DNA of 64,000 nt from the human T2T-CHM13v2.0 reference genome, Homo sapiens. Location of the stretch: assembly GCF_009914755.1 (NCBI RefSeq), contig NC_060933.1. One strand, given 5' to 3'. The stretch's first letter is position 1. The number at the start of each line of letters is the position of its first letter. Position numbers and translations under genes: made by a program. Below are positions 55,159 to 64,000 of this stretch, in pieces. The notes under the pieces are model-generated. The model did not search any database. It was given only the letters and a program-made list of their open reading frames with translations, and was not told the DNA's origin.

Positions 55159-57405
55159 TCCTTTATCCCCTTTAGATGAGAAAAGAAGGTTAAATGAGGA
55201 GGTGCCAAGATGGCCAATTAGAAGCAGCTGTGGTCTGTGACTCCCATCTAGAAGAACAAAAATGGCGAGTGAATTCTGCACCTTCATCTGAGGTATCCAG
55301 ATTCTCTCACTGGGAGTGACAAGGTGATTGGCCTGACCCACAGGGAGCAAGGAAAAGCAGGGTGGAGCAATGCCTCACTTGGGAGCTGCATGGGGCAAGG
55401 GGCACTCCCACCCCCAGTCAAGGGAGGCAGTGAGTGATTGTGCTCCCTTTCCTGAGGAACCATGCTTTTTCCATGGATCTGTGCAACTCACAGATCAAGA
55501 GATCCCCTTGTGAGTCCACACCACCAGGGCCTTGGGTGCCAAGCACAGAGCTGTGCAGACTCTCATCACCGCTCAGGCTGTGGCCAGTGACAGCAGACTG
55601 GAGACTGTCTAAGATGACTGAGTTCCCAGGGGAAGGGGTGGTTGCTATCACTGTGGCATCAGTTGGCTGTTTTCCCCTGGTGGTGCTGGGGAGACAGGGA
55701 GGTTTAGACCGGGAGCACAGCAGCTGTGGCAGATCATGGCCAGACTGCTTTTTTAGGTGGAACCTGGATCCATCCCTACTCATTGGGTGGGGCCCCCTTG
55801 TGGGAATTTCACCAACTCCAGCCAGAGGTTTATGGACAGAACTCTGATCTTCCTGGGCAGAACTCCTGTGGGGAGGGACAGCCACAGTCTCTGCGGTTCA
55901 GCAGACTTAGTCTTTCCTGCCTGCTGGCTCTGAAGGGTCTGGACATTCTGGACAAGGGAGATTCCCTCCAGTGCAGTGCACCCTCTCTGCCAAGGGGCAG
56001 CCAGAGTGCTTTGTTAAGTGGTCCCCGATCCTGTACATACTCCCTAACTGATTGAGACCACCAACAGGGGTCTCCAGGCACCTTATACAGGAGTGTTCCT
56101 GCTGGCATCACATCAGTGCCCCTCTGGGATGGAGCTCAAAAAAGAAGGAGCAGGCAGCCATCCTTGCTGTTCTGCAGCTTCCACTGGTGACACCTCCAGG
56201 TAGGGGAGGGACCAAGTGAATAGGGTCTGGAGTGGACCCCCAGCAAACTGCGGCAGCCCTAAGGAAGAGGGGTCTGACTGTTGAAAGAAAAACAAACAAA
56301 CAGAAAACAACAACAACAAAAACATCCACAAAAATGGCCCCACAAAAACCCCTTCCAAAGATCAGCAGCCTCAAAGATCGAAGATAGATAAGCTCATGAA
56401 GATGAGAAAGAATCAATGCAAAAATGCTGAAAACTCAAAAAGCCAGAATGCCTCTTCTCCTCCAAATGATTGCAACACCTCTCCAGCAAGGGCACAGAAC
56501 TGGGTGGAGGCTTGAGGTGGATGAACTGATAGAAGTATTCTTCAGAAGGTGGGTAATAACAAATTTTGCTGAGCTAAAGTATATTCTAAAACAATTCAAA
56601 GACGCTAATAACCATGAAAACATTATAGGAACTGTAAACCAGAATAACCAGTTTATAGAGGAACATAAATGACCTGATGGACCTGAAAAACACAACACCA
56701 GAACTTCACAATGCAACCACAAGCATAAATAACTGAATAGACCAAGCAGAGGAAAGAATCTCAGAGCTCAAAGACTATCTTGCTGGAATAAGACAGGCAG
56801 ATAAGATTAGAGAAAAAACTGAAAAGGAATGAAAAATAATCAGAGAACTATGGAATTATGTAAAAAGACCAAACCTACAACTGATTGGGGTACCTGAAAG
56901 AAATGAGGAGAATGAAACCAAGTTGGAAAACATACTTCAGGAAATCATTCAGGAGAATTTCCCCAACCCAGCAAGACAGGCCAACATTCAAATTCAGGAA
57001 ATTCAGAGGACTTCAGTAAGATCCATGAGAAGATCAACCCAAAACACATAATTGTCAGTATCTCCAAGGTCAAAATGAAGGAAAATTGTTAAGAGCCACG
57101 TCACCTAGAAAAGGAAGTCCATCAGAATAACAGTGGACTCCTCAGCAGAAACCCCATAAGCCAGAAGAAATTGGGGGCTAATATTCAACAGTCTTTTTTT
57201 TTTATACTTTAAGTTTTAGGGTACATGTGCACATTGTTCAGGTTAGTTACATATGTATACATGTGCCATGCTGGTGCGCTGCACCCACTAACTCATCATC
57301 TAGCATTAGGTATATCTCCCAATGCTATCCCTCCCCCCTCCCCCCACCCCACAACAGTCCCCAGAGTGTGATATTGCCCTTCCTGTGTCCATGTGATCTC
57401 ATTGT

Positions 57406-59355
<1,950 letters not shown>

Positions 59356-62300
59356 AAGGCTACAGTAACCAAAACAGCATGGTACTGGTACCAAAACAGA
59401 TATATAGATCAATGGAACAGAACAGAGCCCTCAGAAATAACGCCACATATCTACAACTATCTGATCTTTGACAAACCTGACAAAAACAAGCAATGGGGAA
59501 AGGATTCCCTATTTAATAAATGGTGCTGGGAAAACTGGCTAGCCATATGTAGAAAGCTGAAACTGGATCCCTTCCTTACACCTTATACAAAAATCAATTC
59601 AAGATGGATTAAAGAGTTAAACGTTAGACCTAAAACCATAAAAACCCTAGAAGAAAACCTAGGCATTACCATTCAGGACATAGGCATGGGCAAGGACTTC
59701 ATGTCAACAGTCTTAAAGAAAAGAATTTCCAGCTCAGAATTTCATATCTGGCCAAACTAAGCTTCATGAGCAAAGAAGAAATAAAATCCTTCTCAGACAA
59801 GCAAATACTGAGGGAATTCATCACAACCAAGACTGCCTTGCAAGAGCTCCTAAAGGAAGCACTGAATATGGAAGGGAAAAACCATTACCGGCCACTACAA
59901 AAACACAGTAAAGTACACAGACCAATAATATTATGAAGCAACAACATTAACAAGTCTGCAAAATAACCAGATAGCATCATAATCACAGGACCAAATTCAC
60001 ACATAAGAATATTAACCTTAAATGTAAATGGACTGAATGTCCCAATTAAAAGACAAAGACTGGCAAACTGGATAGTCAAGACCCACCAGTGTGCTGTATT
60101 CAGGTGAACCATCTCATATGCAAAGACACACATAGGCTCAAAATAAAGAGATGGAGGAAAATTTACCAAGCAAACGGAAAGCAGGAAAAGGAGGGGTTGC
60201 AATTCTAGTGTTTGAGAAAACAGGCTTTAAATCAACAAAGATAAAAAAAGACAAAGAAGGGAATTACATAATGGTTAAGTATTCAGTTCATCAAGAAGAG
60301 GTAACTATCCTAAATACACATGCACCCAATTCTAGAGGACCCAGATTCATAAAACAAGTTCCTAGAGACCTACAAAGACATTTAGACTCTCACATAATAA
60401 TAGTGGGAGACTTTAACACCCCACTGTCAATATTAGACAAATTATCAAGACAGAAAGTTAACAAGGATATTCAGGACTCAAACAGCTGTAGATCAAGTGG
60501 ACCTGATAAGTATCTACAGAACTCTCCATTCAAAAACAACAGAATATACATTCATCTTGGAGCTACATGGCACTTACTCTAAAATCGATCACATAATTGG
60601 AAGTAAAACACTCCTCTGCAAATGCAAAATAACTAAAATCTTGATAGTCTCTCAGACCACAGTACAATCAAATTAGAACTCAAAATTAAGAAACTCACTC
60701 AAAACCACACAACTACATAGAAATGTAACATCCTGCTTCTGAATGACTACTGGGTAAAAAATGAAATTAAGGCAGAAGTCAAGAAGTTATTTGAAACTAA
60801 TGAGAACAAAGAGACAATGTCCCAGAATCTCTGGGATACAGCTAAAACAGCATTGAGGAAATGTATAGCACTAAATATCCACATCAGAAATATCTCAAGT
60901 CAACATCCTAACATCACAGTTTAAAGAACTAGAGAACCAAGAACAAACAAACCCCAAAGCTAGCAGAAGGCAAGAAATAAGTAAGATCAGAGCAAAACTA
61001 AAGGAGATTGAGACAGGAAAAACCCTTCAAAAAATCAACAAATCCAGGAACTGTTTTTTTGAAAAAAATTAACAAAATAGACTTTTAGCTACACTAATAA
61101 GAAAAGAGAGAAGATCAAATAGACACAATAAAAAATGATAAAGGGGATATGAACACTGAGTTTACAGAAATACAAACAACCATCAGAGAATACTATAAAC
61201 ACCTCTATGCAAATAAATTAGAAAATCTAGAAGAAATGGATAAATTCCTGGACACATAAACTCCCAAGATTGAACCAGGAAGAAGTTGAATCCCTGAATA
61301 GACCAATAACAAGTTCTGAAATTAAGGCAGTAATATATAGCCTACCAACCAATGAAAGACCAGGACCAGATGGAATTATGGTGGAATTCTACCAGATGTA
61401 CAAAGAGGAGCCAGTGCTATTTCTTCTGAAACTATTCCAAATGATTGAAGAGGAGAGACTCCTCCCTAATTCATGTTATGAGGCCAGCATCATCCTGATA
61501 CCAAAGCCTGGGAGAGATACAACAAAACAAGACAACTTCAGGCCAATATCCCTGATGAACATCGATGCAAAAATCCTCAATAAAATACTGGCAAGCCAAA
61601 TCCAGCAGCACATCCAAAAGCTTATCCACCACAATCAAGTTGGCTTCATCCCCGGGATACAAGGCTGTTTCAACATATGCAAATCAATAAATGTAATCCA
61701 TTACATAAACAGAACTAAAGATAAAAACCTCATAATTATCTCAATAGATGCAGAAAAGGCCTTTCAACAACACTTCATGTTAAAATTCAACATCCCTTCA
61801 TTTTAAAAACTCTCAATAAACTAGGTATTGAAGGACCATACCTCAAAATATTAAGAGCCATTTATGACAAACTAACAACCCATATCATACTGAATGGGAA
61901 AAAGCTGTGAGCATTTTCATTGAAAAGAGGCACATGACAAGGATGCTCTTTCTTACCACTCCTATTCAACATATTATTGGAAGTTCTGGCCAGAACAATT
62001 AAGCAAGAGAAAGAAACAAATGGTATTCAAATAGGAAGAGAGGAAGCCAAATTGTCTCTGCAGATGACATGATCCTTTATCTAGAAAACCCCATTGTCTC
62101 AACCCCATTGTCAGCAAAATCTCAGGATAAAAAATCAATGTGTGAAAATCACAAGGATTCCTGCACACTAACAACAGACAAGCAGAGAGCCAAATCATGA
62201 AAGAACTCCAATTCCACAATTGTTACAGAGAATAAAATACCTAGGAATACAGCTAAGAAGGGAAGTGATAGAAAGAACCAATATGATTAAAATGGCCATA

Positions 62301-63679
62301 CTACCCAAAGTAATTTATAGATTCAATGCTATTCCCCTTATACTAACATTGACATTTTTCACAGAATTAGAATAATCTGTTTTAAAATTCATATGGACAA
62401 AAAAGAGTCTGTAGAGCCAAGATAATATTAAGCAAAAATAGCAAAGCTGGGGGGATCATGCTACCTTACTTCAAACTACACTACAAGGCTACCAAACCAG
62501 CATGTAAACAAAACAGCATAGTGGTGGTGCAAAAACAGACTCATAGACCAATAGAACAGAATTGAGAACTCAGAAATAAGACCACACAGCTACAACCATC
62601 TGATCTTCAACAAACCTGACAAACACAAGTAATGGGGAAAGGATTTTCTATTTAATTAATGGTGCTGGAAGAACTATGGAAGAACTTTAGCCATATGCAG
62701 AAAATTGAAACTGGACCCCCTTCCTTACACGTTATACAAAAATTAGCTCAAGATAGGTTAAAGACTTAAGTGTAAAATCCAAAACTATAAAAACCCTAGA
62801 AGAAAATCTAGGCAATACCATTCAGGACATAGGCATAGGCAAAGATTTCATGACAAAAATGCCAAAAACAATAGCAACAAAAGCAGAAATTAACAAATGG
62901 GGTCTAATTAAACTAAAGAGCTTCTGCTCAGCAAAAGAAACTATCATCACAGTGAACAGACAACCTACAGAATGGGAGAAAAATTTGCTATTTATCCATC
63001 CGACAAAGGTCTAATATCCAGAATTTACAGGGAACTTAAACAAATTTACAAGAAAAAAACAGACAATCCTATTAAACAGTGGGCAAAGGACATGAACAGG
63101 CACTTCTCAAAAGAAGACATTTATGTGGCCAACAAACATGCAAAAAAAAAGTTCAACATCACTAATCATTAGAGAAATGCAAATCAAAACCACAATGAGA
63201 TACCATCTCACACTAGTCAGAATGGTGATTATTAAAAAGTCAAGAAACAACTGATATTGTTGAGGCTGCAGAGAAATAGGAATGCTTTTACACTGTTGGT
63301 AGGAATGTAAATTAGTTCAACTATTGTGGAAGACTGTGGCAATTCCTCGAAGTCCTAGAACCAGAAATACCATTTGACCCAGCAATCCCATTACTAGGTA
63401 TGTACCCAAAGGAATATAAATCATTTTATTATAAAGATACATGCATGTGTGTGTTCATTGCAGCACTATTCACAATAGCTAATACATGAAATCAACCCAA
63501 ATGCCCATCAATGATAGACTGGGTAAATAAAATGTGGTACATATACAACATGGAATACTATGCAGCCATAAAAGGAAATGAGATCAAGTCCTTTGCAGGG
63601 ACATGGATGGAGCTGAAAGCCATTATCCTCAGCAAACTAATGCAGGAACAGAAAACCTTGAAATATGAGCTATAATGAG

Positions 63680-64000
63680 GGGCACTAGAGGTACTTGGCT
63701 TTAAAAAGACATAGGTGCAGTGACATGATGTTAGTTACATAGCCTTTGAAGTCATGTTGTGTGAAAGAGCAGTTGGATATTGACGTTGGCTACCAAAACC
63801 AATGGGTAGGCATTTAGATTTTGGTTCACTAGAAAACCTGAACTATCTATCGATTAAGCTCTCAAAAACTAAATAGACTGCTGTCTCCTAAATAAAATAT
63901 GTCTCCCACTGTGGAAATGTCATTGATTTTCAATTTGTATAGCTTTTATTATTATTATTATTGTAAGGCCAGGAATGACAACTTCTGAGCCCTTCACATG
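63680..64000 (+). mobile_element. Possible CR1/L3 LINE 3' relic
   Basis: Degenerate CR1-like order of motifs ending TGACAACTTCTGAGCCCTTC; a similar weak relic lies near 33230-33555. Confidence 0.35.

Noticed and set aside
55418-56416. Several 80-155 aa ORFs on both strands
   Set aside because: L1 5'UTR sequence with low stop-codon density.

Overview
AT-rich primate genomic DNA, most likely human, judged from Alu J/S/Y, L1PA, THE1, MST, MLT1 and LTR12 content. I found no protein-coding exon or intact gene, so the window reads as a gene desert or deep intron. Nearly all long ORFs are L1, Alu or LTR remnants. Contents: 11 Alus, a two-LTR THE1A element, several MaLR and ERV1 solo LTRs, an LTR12 solo LTR, a near full-length older L1PA carrying an inverted L1PA2 in its ORF1, a second inverted L1 carrying a nested L1, and many old L1M/L2/MIR/MER relics. 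The signals not explained by ordinary repeat annotation are a near-identical ~235-bp duplication 3 kb apart (12805-13040 / 15829-16060), a 34-nt tailless U2 retrocopy with a 14-bp TSD, an L1PA3-like copy with a 29-nt 3' transduction, several locally generated hairpins, and a motif-dense unique block at 22.5-22.9 kb resembling a conserved enhancer. I see no convincing novel multi-gene system. Subfamily names come from recalled consensus diagnostics and need RepeatMasker/Dfam confirmation.
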